Shown in pieces: positions 13,379 to 25,773 of a stretch of 64,000 nucleotides of DNA (position 1 is its first letter; every line of letters starts with the position of its first letter). A program made the position numbers and the translations under genes. Under the pieces are notes generated by a model. It was not told where the DNA came from, did not search any database, and worked only from the letters and a program-made list of their open reading frames with translations. The DNA is from Octopus sinensis (Eukaryota), in contig NC_043013.1 of the NCBI RefSeq assembly GCF_006345805.1, positions 9,610,001-9,674,000 on the forward strand, in the 5' to 3' direction.

Positions 13379-14279
13379 CACATATTTCATAAATTATTTT
13401 AGGTCTACTATTATCAAAGGAATGTTTAATATATTATGTGAGTAAATTACATTTTATAGCTGGCGTCTCAAAACTCATCTTTTACCAGACGTTAAGTTCT
13501 TGCTTGTTTGATTATATTATTTTGTGGTACTGGAACTCTTGTGTGCCTACTACTGCTTCCGCTTCTATTACACTATTGGATATTTAACTTATTTGCAGTG
13601 TGGATCAGTTTCTAAAAATGATATCTTCCGGTGTCTTCAACATGACATCCTTATATTCCATTAAACAAGCATCTTTTTGCGCAATTATGCCTGGAGTACA
13701 CAGAGATAATCCGAGGATTATTTGTGTCAGTTGTGACACGGTCTTTTATTGCTCAATTGCTGTGTATATTTATAATTCACTTCTTTAAGTCCCAAATTTA
13801 CTTTGAGAGTGATGTTTCTTTTCCTTTACAAATAACATTGAATGAATGCATATAAACAAAATCAGTTTATACATTTTACTTTTAACGTCTCGCTGTTCCC
13901 ATATAGTTCTTTTTCCGTGTATATTTTCATCTTGCAGAATTGTTGCCTTGCTTATTTCTTTCTCTTTTTTTTTTTCGCAAAATCCATCTAACGAGCATAG
14001 ATTCAATCCGCTTCAGTTGCATCTCTTTTCAGTTGTGATCCTAAAAATGTTGTTTATATATCTATCTCATTGTCATGATAATGAAAACATGATTTAAAAT
14101 CTCTTGAAATAGCTTTGAAAATATTAGACTCCTCCGTCATTAAAACACATAGTCAAACGCAGCACATATATTCGCGAGCAAAACAAAATATTTATAACAG
14201 ATAAAAAATTTTCCTGAGCAGCATAACCAAACATGTATATATAAAAATAAGTAGACACCAAGTAAGTGTATGACATGAA

Positions 14280-14650
14280 GCTTGCTTCCGTGCCACATAG
14301 CTCCGGGTTCAGTACCACTGAGTGGCACCTTGGGCAAGTGTCTTCTACTGTAGCCTCGGACCGACCAAAGCTTTGTGAGTGGATTTGGTAGACGGAAACT
14401 GAAACAAGTAAGAGATAAATGATTAATAGAACGTATGAAAAGTATTTCTTTCATCGATTGGTTCAATGACATAAAGAACAAACTGTCCTACAAATTATCT
14501 AAATATAGACGTAGGAATGACTGAGCTTACTAACACATGGTCGGGTCAGTCCCACTGCGTGGCACTTGGGCACGTGTCTTCTACTATAGCCTGGGCGACC
14601 AAAGCCTTGTGAGTGGATTGGTAGACGGAAACTGAAAGAAGCCCGTCGTA
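14280..14650 (+). mobile_element. Two SINE family A 5' halves
   Basis: Copies at 14280-14405 and 14521-14650; the second has many single-base deletions in homopolymers. Confidence 0.8.
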
Positions 14651-14669
14651 TATACGTAGATATATATAT

Positions 14670-14711
<42 letters not shown>

Positions 14712-14713
<2 letters not shown>

Positions 14714-15221
14714 CAAAAATAAGAAAACAGAATGAATCCGGTAATTTAGTAGAATTGTTCATACTACAACATTTATTAAAAGCTGTAAATATTACAGCAG
14801 TTTTAAGATGCCGAGTAATCTTCAGCTAATTTCATATAGGTTTTCCAATAATATAAAGTTCTCAAATCAATTAATAACATCTTTGGGAAGGTAAATATAC
14901 AGATAAAGATGCAGATATGAATCTTAGGAACATGAGGTAGAGTAGATGCCAACTGAACAAAACCTTGTTTACAACTGGCATCTAAACTACTCTACCACAT
15001 GTTCCTAAGATTAATATCTACATCTTTATCTGTATATTTACCTTCCCTAAGATGTTATTAATTGATTTGAGAACTTTATATTATTGGAAAACCTATATGA
15101 AATTATCTGAAGATTACTCAGCTTCTTAAATCTGCTGTAATATTTACAGCTTTTAATAAAATGTTGTAGTATGAAACAATTGTACTAAATTACCGGATTC
15201 ATTCTGTTGCTTATTTTTGAT
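14712..15221. repeat. Fold-back inverted repeat, arms about 240 bp, spacer about 25 bp
   Basis: ATCAAAAATAAG..GTAGATGCCA | spacer | TGGCATCTA..CTTATTTTTGAT; the arms are complementary except for scattered indels and mismatches. Confidence 0.9.
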
Positions 15222-15394
15222 TATAATCACCCCGCATATTTTTATGGTTAACACCTTTAAAAAATTCTGGTGCATCTAAATTAAGTGCCATATTCATTTG
15301 AATCTAAATTGTTGCTGAACTTTATCTAATATATATATATATATATATATATATTATGTAGGATGTAATATATGTATGTATGTGTGTGTATGTT

Positions 15395-15597
15395 TGTGTG
15401 TCTGTGTTTGTCCCCAACATCGCTAGACAACCTATACTGGTGTGTTTACGTCCCCATAACTTAGCGGTTCGGCAAAAGACCGATAGAATAAGTATTAAGC
15501 TTACAAAGAATAAGTCCTGGGGTCGATTTGCTCGACTAAAGGCGGTGCTCAAGCATGGCCACAGTCAAATGACTGAAACAAGTAAAAGAGTAAGAGA

Positions 15598-15598
<1 letters not shown>
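15395..15598 (+). mobile_element. SINE family A, 3' half
   Basis: Consensus 3' half with a GTAAAAGAGT tail. Confidence 0.85.
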
Positions 15599-15634
<36 letters not shown>

Positions 15635-15718
15635 TATATCTATGTGTGTTTGTGTTTACGATTGACAGACAAGCAAATTGACAGTCAGTCAGACAGATAC
15701 GTAGACAGATAGACACAC

Positions 15719-15770
<52 letters not shown>

Positions 15771-15811
15771 TGACAGACATACAGACTGACAGTCTGACGA
15801 ACAGACAGACG

Positions 15812-15848
<37 letters not shown>

Positions 15849-15853
15849 TTAGG

Positions 15854-15884
<31 letters not shown>

Positions 15885-16189
15885 ATAGAGATAGATAGAT
15901 AGATAGATAGATCGATCGATAGATAGATAGATAGATAGATAGCCATAGATAGATAAAGATAGAAGATAGATAGATAGAGAGATAGATAGATAGAAGATAA
16001 TTTTCTTTAGGCCACACAGGGGGGCTGCACACAGAGGGGACAAATTTACAAGGTAGAGCTTTCAGTGTGTGAGTGCGCGTGATGTCAAGGACTCAATTTA
16101 GAATAATACCAGCACTAAATGTTCTCTTAAAGTGTATAGGTCCTACTAGAGACCTACACAGTTTTCCATAGATGTGGGAAAAAGGGATG

Positions 16190-16600
16190 CCTCTTTCAGT
16201 AAGTGTTCAGAGAGTTAGCACCCACGCTGGCACATATCTTCATTCAATCATGTGATTTTTTTTCATTCAATGTTTTGCCTTTTTCAGATACCACTAGTCA
16301 AAGTATACAAAAACAAGAGATGTTATATGTCAAGCGACGTCAATACTTGAAGTTATTGAAAGAGAGAAAAGGCTTTGCACAAGGCCAAGTCCTCACTCTG
16401 AACAATACTAAGCATTTGTCCCCAAAGAACTAGTCTACATCATCGGATGGAAGTAGTCGTAGGTGTTACGTCAGTTTTTACTCTCCTAGAAAGATGTCTA
16501 AACAAACTCTTTCACTCCCAGCAGTTAGATGGCCGTTGACTCTGCTGGGTTCATTCACTCTTTACAGATTTTGTCCATCATGCAGATCAACGAAGAAATA
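16190..16600 (+). mobile_element. Possible degenerate LINE RT fragment (CR1/Jockey-like)
   Basis: VFRELAPTLAHIFIQS resembles the ELAPxLxxIFxxS motif at the start of the RT domain; SVFTLLERCLN occurs downstream in another frame. Heavily decayed. Confidence 0.3.
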
Positions 16601-16688
16601 ATATAGTCTTTATCAAGTGAAGTGGTTCTACTGGATTATATGTTACCACTAGTGCTAAGAAGGAGCTTGCATCAATGTACTCCTCTCA

Positions 16689-16767
<79 letters not shown>

Positions 16768-16911
16768 GCAGGTATGTATACACATATATTTGGAATTCGA
16801 GCTCCAAGCACATAAGTGCTATAGATAATAAGATGTAATACGCCTTTGTTTGATGGTCAAAATGGAAGGCTGCTTATAACGTCAACTATAAATGCAGGCA
16901 CACACACAGAC

Positions 16912-16944
<33 letters not shown>

Positions 16945-16945
<1 letters not shown>

Positions 16946-17590
16946 GAGGGTAGACTGAAAAGGTAATAGGCTGACCAAGATACTTTCATAGTATGTGACC
17001 AAATGAGATTTATTTTCCAACATTGTCCCCTTTACAGTGCACACAATTCTTCGATCGGTGTTGCAGTACTTGGATCCTATTGGTGAAGAAGATTTCATTC
17101 TGTTGACCAAAAATATCATCAATAGCGATTATGACGTCATCACTGAGATACCAGGTCCCAGCTATGCATGTTTTTTACGTTAAGGAACCGATAATAGTCA
17201 GATAGAGCCAAGGAACCGATGATAGTCAGATGGAGCCAAAACAGGAGAATAGGGAGGGTGATCGACCAGTTTAAAATGTCACTCACAGCAGCCATTGAAA
17301 CCAAATAATTTTGTGCTTGAGTATTGCCTGATGAAACAAGACCCGTTTCGTCAGATTTTCAGGGCGTTTAGTCTTGATAGCCTTTCGTAACTGCCTCAGC
17401 ATGTTAACATAGTACTCTCCATTGATGGTGTGACCCTTTTGAATGCAATGACTTATGCATCCCAAAATACTGAAGTCATCACCTTTCCTGCAGATGAGAC
17501 AATTTTAGCTTTCTCTGGAGCAAGTGAGGAGGGGTGTTTCCACTGCATGGATTATCTCTTTGTTTCCGGCTCAAAATGATAAAACCAAAA
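16945..17590 (-). mobile_element. Mariner (DD34D) transposase relic, 3' half with TIR
   Basis: Minus frames give HFEPETKR*SMQWKHP, SAGKVMTSVFWD, KGHTINGEYY..LRQLRKAIKTKRP, LFHQ and PYSPVLAPSDY. Terminus CGAGGGTAGACTGAAAAG sits in (TA)n. Contains a 28-bp internal tandem duplication. Confidence 0.85.
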
Positions 17591-17607
17591 TCTTACCCTG
17601 GGTTAAG

Positions 17608-18136
17608 AAACATTCAAATTCTGCCGAGGTCGACTTTGCCTTTCATCCTTTCGGGGTCGATAAATAAAGTACCAGTTTCGCACTGGGGTCGATATAATCG
17701 ACTTAATCCCTTTGTCTGTCCTTGTTTGTCCTCTCTGTGTTTAGCCCCTTGTGGGTAATAAAGAAATAGGTATTTCGTCTGTCGTTATGTTCTGAGTTCA
17801 AATTCCGCCGAGGTCGACTTTGCCTTTCATCCATTCGGGCTCGATAAATAAAGTACCAGTTTCGCACTGGGGTCGATATAATCGACTTAATCCCATTGTC
17901 TGTCCTTGTTTGTCCTCTCTGTGTTTAGCCCCTTGTGCGTAGTAAAGAAATAAGTATTTCGTCTGCCGTTACGTTCTGAGTTCAAATTCAGCCGAGGTCG
18001 ACTTTGCCTTTCATCCTTTCGGGGTCGATAAATAAAGTACCAGTTTCGCACTGGGGTCGATATAATCGACTTAATCCCTTTGACTGCCCTTGTTTGTCCT
18101 CTCTGTGTTTAGCCCCTTGTGAGCAATAAAGAAATA
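17608..18136 (+). repeat. Tandem array of headless SINE B units (about 184 bp x3)
   Basis: Units restart at GTATTTCGTCTG at 17770 and 17954; all share the variant AAATAAAGTACCAGTTTCGC. Confidence 0.9.
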
Positions 18137-18274
18137 TATTATAATGTATGATTATATTATTGAATGAGATTGAAATTAATATATTTTACGATGAATTTAC
18201 CATTTTCTGTGGGTATGCATTACGCATCTAGTACACGTAGCCACAACAGACACGCCTCATATTCATGTATATGG

Positions 18275-18319
<45 letters not shown>

Positions 18320-18704
18320 AATTTGTGTGTACGTGTATATGTATATATTTGTCTGTGTATGTGTGTATGTATGCGTGTTGGGCTGGTGTCACTCTGGTCT
18401 GCCACCGGTAACATTTACGTTCTTACATTTTGATTTTACGTTTATTTATTTTCTCCGCAATCTTTATTGTCAAAACTCTCTACCCCCTCTCTCCTCTCTC
18501 TCTCTCTCTCTCTCGCTCCTTCTCTCTCTCTCTCATCTCTGTTCATGTCCTTGCTCTTCATTTCACATCCTACCCTATCTCTGAATTTCTGAGAATTCAC
18601 TGTTTTTAATCTTCTCCCTTCCCTTTATTCTTCAGTCTTTTTTTCTTTTTTGTTTTTCTTTCATTAGATCATTGCTTCTTTAGCTCGTTCTTCTTCTTTA
18701 GCTT

Positions 18705-18945
18705 CATCAGCATAGTCATCATCATCACCATCGTTATCACCATCGTCATCACCATCGTCATCATCACCACCACAGTTGTAGCGGTTGTTATCATCGACAT
18801 CATTACTACAGTGACCAATACCACCATCACCACCACCATCACCGCCATCGCCACCGTCATTACCACCACCACCACCACCATCACATCATCCTCGTCATCA
18901 TCATAATCATCACCATCACCATCACCATCGTCGTCGTCATCATCA
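18705..18945. repeat. (CAT/CAC)n trinucleotide array
   Basis: Degenerate ATC/ACC repeats. Confidence 0.9.
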
Positions 18946-18947
18946 TC

Positions 18948-19520
18948 TTAGCAGTATTTCATCTGTCTTTACGTACGTTCTCAGTTCGATTTTGCCTTTC
19001 ATCCTTTCGGGGTCAATAATTTAAGAACCAGTTGCGGACTGGGTCGCTCTAATCTTCTGGCTCCTCCCTCCAAATTTCCGGCTTTCTGCCTAGAGTAGAA
19101 AAGAATATAAATGTATGTGTAAGGCTGCGAGCTGGCAGAATCGTTAGCACGCCGGGCGAAATGCTCAGCAGTATTTCGTCTGCCGCTACGTTCTGAGTTC
19201 AAATTCCGCCGAGGTCGACTTTGCCTTTCATCCATTCGTGGTCGATTAAATAAGTACTAGTTACGCACTGGGGTCGATATAATCGACTTAATCTGTTGGT
19301 CTGTCCTTGTTTGTCCTCTCTGTGTTTAGCCCCTTGTGGGTAGTAAAGAAATAGGTATTTTGTCTGTCTTTATGTTCTGAGTTCAAATTCTGCTGAGGTC
19401 GATTTTGTCTTTCATCCTTTTGGGATCGATAAACTAAGAACCAGTTGCGTACTGGGGTCAATCTAATCGACTAGCCCCCGCCCAAAATTTCGGGCCTTGC
19501 GCCTAGAGTAGAAAAGAATT
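18948..19520 (+). repeat. SINE B cluster: B2 copy, headed B1 unit, headless B2 unit
   Basis: Head at 19123, headless restart at 19355 after the B1 tail, B2 tail at about 19520. Confidence 0.85.
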
Positions 19521-19555
19521 TATATGTATGTCTATTTAGATATGTTATTTTAGGA

Positions 19556-19865
19556 GCACTCCGTCGGTTACGGCGACGCAGGTCCCAGCTGTTACAATCA
19601 ACGGAACAGCCTGCTCGTGAAGTTAACGTGCAAGTGGCGGAGCTTTCCACAAACACGTGAACCCTTAACGTAGTTCTCAGGGAGATTCAGCGTGACACAG
19701 AGGCCGGCCCTTTGAAATAGAGGTACAACTCATTTTTGGCAACTGAGTGAACTGGAGCAACGTGAAATAAAGTGTCTTGCTCAAGCACAGAAAGCGTCGC
19801 CGGGAATCGAACTCACGACCTTACAATCGTGAGCCGAATGCCCTAACCACTAAGCCACGCGCCTT
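19556..19865 (-). mobile_element. SINE family C (long-tail subtype)
   Basis: Minus strand head GGCGCGTGGCTTAGTGGTTAGGGC..GAGTTCGATTCCC, CORE-like CTTGAGCAAGACACTT, tail ending CGACGGAGTGCTCC. Confidence 0.85.
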
Positions 19866-19874
19866 CACATTTAG

Positions 19875-19922
<48 letters not shown>

Positions 19923-19964
19923 GCATATATATATATATATAATATATATATATACATACACACG

Positions 19965-20003
<39 letters not shown>

Positions 20004-20642
20004 GAACACACATGTGCATATAAATCTATTCATAAGCACATGCGCGCGCGTGTGTGTATGCAATACTTGCATTCAACTTCGCCTTTCGTCCTTTCGGGGG
20101 TCAATGAAATATGTACCAGTTAAACTCTGGCTCGATGTACTCGATTTACCCTCTCCCCAAGATTCCATGCTTTGTGCCTAGATTAAGAAGGATTATCATA
20201 ATTTTTTTTTTAATTTCAAAAATTCACTCTGCTCTACTTTATTCAACACTGATCTGATTTTCTGTTCAATTCTATTCAAATCTATTCAATTCCATTCTGT
20301 CCTACTTCGTTCTTTTCCGTTCCGTTCCGTTCTTATTCGTTTATCTAAATTTTCAATTTTCCCTTTCTTGTTTATACTTCAGTCCTCCCGACGGATCCTA
20401 GCCACAAACCTAACATATTGCCTTGTCCTCGTTCTCGTCACCGACAACTGCTGCAAGCCAGTATCTTTGAAACAAATCCGGAATAGCAATATATTTGCTC
20501 ATCCATTAAAAGACTTCTACATTGAATTAGCGTTTCTTGCACACACTATGTATTACTTTTGACATTAATAGCGCTCTCGGACATGGCTGTCGCCCCCGCC
20601 GACGCACATTTCATTATCGCAACTCTATTTATCAATTCAGAT

Positions 20643-20644
<2 letters not shown>

Positions 20645-20682
<38 letters not shown>

Positions 20683-20944
20683 ATACACACACACATACAC
20701 ACGAATACACACACACACACACGTATACACATGCATGCACATACACACATACACACACATACGTATACACACATCTACATACAAACATACACATACACAC
20801 ACGAACACAAATGCAACATACATACATACATACATACATAAATACATACATACATACTATCAAACGTACATACATACATACATACATAACATTACATACA
20901 TACATACTACTACATACTACATACATACATACATACGTACATAA

Positions 20945-20978
<34 letters not shown>

Positions 20979-21050
20979 CATAGATGCATACATACATACA
21001 TACATACACACATACATATATATACATAGATGCATGCATACATACATATA
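20645..21050. repeat. (CA)n/(TACA)n compound microsatellite
   Basis: Source of several spurious HT/YI-rich ORFs. Confidence 0.95.
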
Positions 21051-21279
21051 TGCTTATATATATAGAGACAGAGAGACACACTTATTGTCTCTCGTGCACA
21101 TATAGTACAAACACACACAAGACTTTGGTTCATTCACCCACTTATATACGCAGACATATAATACACACATACATGTACATACACCCACAGCTATGTGTGT
21201 GTTTTGTGTTTGTGTGTGTGTCTGTGAGTTTGTGTGTGTATGTGAGCGTATATATATTATATATAATATATATATATAT

Positions 21280-21310
<31 letters not shown>

Positions 21311-21439
21311 CATACCACACATATACATACATATATACATACATAATGCGTATATATATATAGGGTATACATACAGATGTATTGCATGTGTATATGTATG
21401 TGTGTGTGTGTGTGCATACAGATGTTTTGCATGTGTATA

Positions 21440-21470
<31 letters not shown>

Positions 21471-21512
21471 ATAAACATGTATGTATATACACACAAATAC
21501 ATTTGTAGATAT

Positions 21513-21760
21513 GGAGGCGCGTGGCTTAGTGGTTAGGGTGTCAGCATCATGATCGGAAGATTGTAGTTTCGACTCCTGAACCGGGCGATGCGTTGTGTTC
21601 TTGAGCAAAACACTTCATTTCATGTTGCTCCAGTCCACTCAGCTGGCAAAAATGAGTAACGCTGCGATGGACTGGTGTCCCATCTAGCTGGGGAACACAT
21701 ACGCCATTGAAACCGGGAAACCTGGCCCATGACCCTGGCTAGGCTTTAAAAAGGGCGCAT
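21513..21760 (+). mobile_element. SINE family C, full length
   Basis: GGAGGCGCGTGGCTTAGTGGTTAGGG (A box), GTTTCGACTCC (B box), GCGATGGACTGGTGTCC (V-domain-like). Flanked by the direct repeat TTTGTAGATAT(GGAG). Confidence 0.9.
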
Positions 21761-22039
21761 TTATTAATTTTTTTGACTTTTGTAGATATGGAGATGTTTG
21801 GATGTATGTATACACAAGTAGGTCTTCGTTTCTATATGGAAACACATGTATATATATTTCTGTTCATCTGTGTATACATTGCATTTGAGAATGATTGTGA
21901 TGAACGCACGCCTGAATCTACATACATGGGCACACAAATACGCACACATGGACATAGAAACGCACTCTGATTTCAGAACACGCTCCTATCTTCTTAGTTA
22001 CTGGGTTCCTTACTTCGCACACATACACACTCTCAGATA

Positions 22040-22332
<293 letters not shown>

Positions 22333-22364
22333 ATTTGTGTGTATGAGTAGTCGTTACTGCTGAT

Positions 22365-22402
<38 letters not shown>

Positions 22403-22599
22403 TATAATATGTTGGGTGTGTGTGTGTTGGTTGTGTGTGGTGTGTTGTGTGTGCGTGTGTGTGTGTGGTGTGTGTGTGTTGTGTGTATGTATGTATGTAT
22501 GTATATGCATATGAAAAATTTTAAAGATCACAACCCTGGATTGAGACATGCAAAATATAAAAGACAACGGTGTAGATTCCTTCGGCTGAGGCACCGAAA

Positions 22600-22900
22600 G
22601 TCCACGATTGTACAGAACCAAGCAACGGATTAAAAATAACATTCAAGAAAAGGAATGTCTCTTCGATAGGGTGCGTCTACAAAAACATTCCCTCGCAAGT
22701 TATTCGTCCACTCGAGCTATGGTACACGAGATATCGCACTGTGAGATTGAATATGAATCCAGAATCCATGTAGTTTACGACCAGATCATGTGGAGAAGAT
22801 CGGTTTTCGTTCCATCTCAGGCGTTAAGCAGCGTCGAACGTAGTTTGTACCTACATGGGTGCTCCCTTGGGGAACCTAGGTGCTGTAAGGAAACATTTAG
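22600..22900 (+). mobile_element. Degenerate LINE reverse-transcriptase fragment (RTE-like)
   Basis: Across shifting frames: CLFDRV (KAFDRV-like), NIPSQVIRPLELWY (GIPxKLIRLIxxLY-like), SGVKQ (SGVKQG). Stops and frameshifts present. Confidence 0.45.
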
Positions 22901-23018
22901 CTTTATAGGCACTGGCATAGCTTTTGTGGCTATGAAGCTCGCTTTGCAACTATTTTCGTTTTGAGGTTCAGTGTCCCACCTCGTGAATGAATTTGGTAAA
23001 TAAAATCTGTAACGTCGT

Positions 23019-23277
23019 AGGATCTTTTCGGTTTGAACGGCAGTTTTTAACATAATTTCTAGGTAACTAAAAAATTTTAAACTTCGTATACTGGTAGAAT
23101 GTGTTTATAAAACATCCTTTTCTCTTGGCTTTATTGAGAAAATTCTATGGTTTCTAAGATATTTGTTGTTTTTTTCTTCAATTTCTGCAATTTCAACCAA
23201 TCACTGACGTCCATTGAGGTAAATAACATTCTGTGCCATATGAATATGTCCCTCGTTTAAGAAACAGATTGGGTTTA
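23019..23277 (+). mobile_element. Truncated copy of the 443-bp MITE at 50880
   Basis: About 260 bp of high similarity to 50880-51140, starting at the left TIR GGATCTTTTCGGTTTGAACGGCAG. Confidence 0.9.
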
Positions 23278-23399
23278 AGGAGATGCTACACCATGGCCGT
23301 AATCCAAAGCCTGAAAAATAAGTAAAACATGAAAAAAAAAATGTGAAAAGAAAGAATTAAAAAGGTGATGGTGAATCAGACTACTTAAGCACTGAGCCA

Positions 23400-23960
23400 C
23401 ACCTGCGACCATTCTTACACTTTATAGCTGCATACATTATGTCCCCTTTATATTTTGAAGTACCTGAACAGGCATCTATCCACGTGGACGCCATCGCTAA
23501 ACCTACATTTCCCTAATTGCATAACGTTCCACACTCATATATTCTTTCACTAAATTTATCTAATATCCACCCTTTAGATTTATGTACTCATTCTTCTCTA
23601 TCAACCATCTCCTCTCACCTCTACCACAACTGTACGCCCACTCATTAAATGCCCAAACAATTCTATTATTGTTCGCCTTTTCTTTCTAGTGAATACTTAC
23701 CACACGCTTGTGCTAATCCACTCCTCGCTAAGTGTTTAAACACTCCCACAGGTATCCACCTCTCTGCTCTCCTTCCAAGCCTACCCAACTCATTCACCTA
23801 TATTCCTTCTATCACACGCGCTGTGTATCGTCTCAGAAACAGTTTTCTGGATCCCCTACACTCAGAATTGCAATATCCTCTGTAATTACTTCTCCTACCC
23901 CTCGCGATTCTACCGCAGACATTGACCTACATACGTTCAAAATGAACGCCAGCCGTAACC
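23400..23960 (-). mobile_element. Possible RTE-like LINE 3' relic
   Basis: Purine-rich minus strand containing LFGHLM (WFGHLMR-like); otherwise decayed. Confidence 0.3.
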
Positions 23961-24014
23961 ATTTTGGAAGGCCTGCACTAGTCATAGATCTGCTTTCGAC
24001 TTTATATCGGTTTC

Positions 24015-24415
24015 AAATTTTATTTCTTTATTGCCCACAAGGGGCTTAACATAGAGGGGACAAACAAGGACAGACAAACGGATTAAGTCGATTAAATCGA
24101 CTCCAGTGCGTAACTGGTATTTAATTTATCGACCCCGAAAGGATGAAAGGCAAAGTCGACCTCGGCGGAATTTGAACTCAGAACGTAGCGACAGACGAAA
24201 TACCGCTAAGCATTTCACCCGGCGTGCAAACGTTTCTGCCAGCTCACCACCTTTACCCGGTTTCAAATTTTGGCACAGGGCCAGCAACGTTTAGGCGTGG
24301 GGTAAGTCGATTAAAATCACTCCAGTGTTCAACAGATACGTATTTAATCAACCCCAAAAGGATGAGAGGCAAAGTTGATCTCGGCGGGATTTGAATGCAG
24401 AACGTAGAGACGGAC
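24015..24415 (-). mobile_element. Two tandem SINE B copies
   Basis: Full B1 copy at 24015-24250 and B2 fragment at 24255-24415. Confidence 0.85.
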
Positions 24416-24849
24416 GCTATCCATTTTATATTAATTTGTTTTCTAATATAATCTAAAATACAGAAAATAACTACAAGCAGCTGGATAGGGGGCTTCCGGA
24501 AAATAATGGATCGATAATGTCTACACATACACGTCGAAACTTCAAAATCTGTGACTTTAAGTTTCAGGTTTTGCTGATTCCCAAAAAAGAAAAGCAGTGA
24601 TTCAACCAATCTAATACTTATTATTCGAAGCACGAGATACACATAACAAAAGAAAAGGCTTTTGAGTTGTTTCAAGCGAGTAACCTTGTGACACACAAGT
24701 ATCCGATGTTCATTCGCTAAGTATTTTGAAATATTTCAATAAAAATTCTAATTTATGGCGTTAAAAAGAGGAACAACGAAAACCTTTTTATTTGTTTAAT
24801 CATATATTACAAAGGTGGACTGGATTTCGCCCATTAGGCATTTTACAAA

Positions 24850-25231
24850 TATTACGATAAATATTTAGATTTATTGTAACGATGGTATATTCGATTTGAA
24901 AAGACTTTTAAGATTGATTTCATTTCTACTGAACATTCATTGTTTCCGTATTACAAAAATTACATCCATCGTCATCCTTATTATAAGGTTTGATAAGTTG
25001 TAATATCCTCCAATTGATTTTGCTTTTATGAGTATTATAAAGTTCTAAGGAAGAGAAGCGATGCGATGCAGTTAAATAAGTTGGATCCAATGATACAAAA
25101 GGATTTCTATAACTATATGAATGTTGTTCATAACTTTTCTTCAAATTGTTTGTAGTCAGCTCCATTTTATCTTTCGAAACTGTTTTAGCTGCAAATAAAT
25201 TTGCACAGTAAGCATAAATATTTAGCTTCAT
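24850..25231 (-). mobile_element. Penelope-like element relic, GIY-YIG endonuclease region
   Basis: ELTTNNLKKSYEQHSYSYRN..INWRILQLIKPYNKDDDGCNFCNTE matches the PLE C-terminal pattern GLTxNxFKKRYxQHxxSFRN..IKWRIL..PY..CNLCxxE. Confidence 0.75.
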
Positions 25232-25465
25232 GGGGATCTCACTTTTAATTTAAGGGGCGCATACAAAATGTTATTGTTAATCTTCCTTGTAAGTTATGAG
25301 ATCCAGGTAAAGTCGAATTAGATTAGTGAGCAAAAGAAATCTGGATTTTAAAACATTGCAGTATACAATTTTGAAATAACAATTTTTTCTCTGCACTACA
25401 TATATATTTACAGCTAAACATTTAATGCTCATTAGATTAACTAGGGCAATACTAATATAACTATT

Positions 25466-25773
25466 GTGGAGGCACATGGCCTAGCGGTTAGAGCGCCGGA
25501 CTCGCGGTCGAGGGATCGCGGGTTCAAATCTCAGACCGGGCGATGTGTGTGTTTATGAGCGAAACACTTAAGCTGCACGCGTCTCCGGCAGAAGGTAATG
25601 GCGAACTTCTGCTAACTCTTTCGCTACAATGTTCTCTCACTCTTTCCTCCTGCATCTTGCAGCTCACCTGCGACGGACCGGCGTCCCGTCCAGGTGGGGA
25701 ACCCATACGCCAAGGAAACCGGGCAACCGGCCCTTATGAACCAGGCGTGGCTCGAGAAGGAACAAACAACAAC
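25466..25773 (+). mobile_element. SINE family C subtype, full length
   Basis: tRNA-like head GGAGGCACATGGCCTAGCGGTTAGAGCG..GGTTCAAATCTC and an (AAC)n tail. 12-bp TSD AATATAACTATT at 25454 and 25774. Confidence 0.9.

Noticed and set aside
17608-18136. CRISPR-like or satellite-encoded system
   Set aside because: The units are whole SINE bodies with no unique spacers, the context is eukaryotic, and no cas-like ORFs are present.
21513-21590. tRNA genes at SINE heads (also 25468, 45352)
   Set aside because: They have A/B boxes but continue into SINE bodies with tails and TSDs, and no complete cloverleaf with an acceptor stem is evident.
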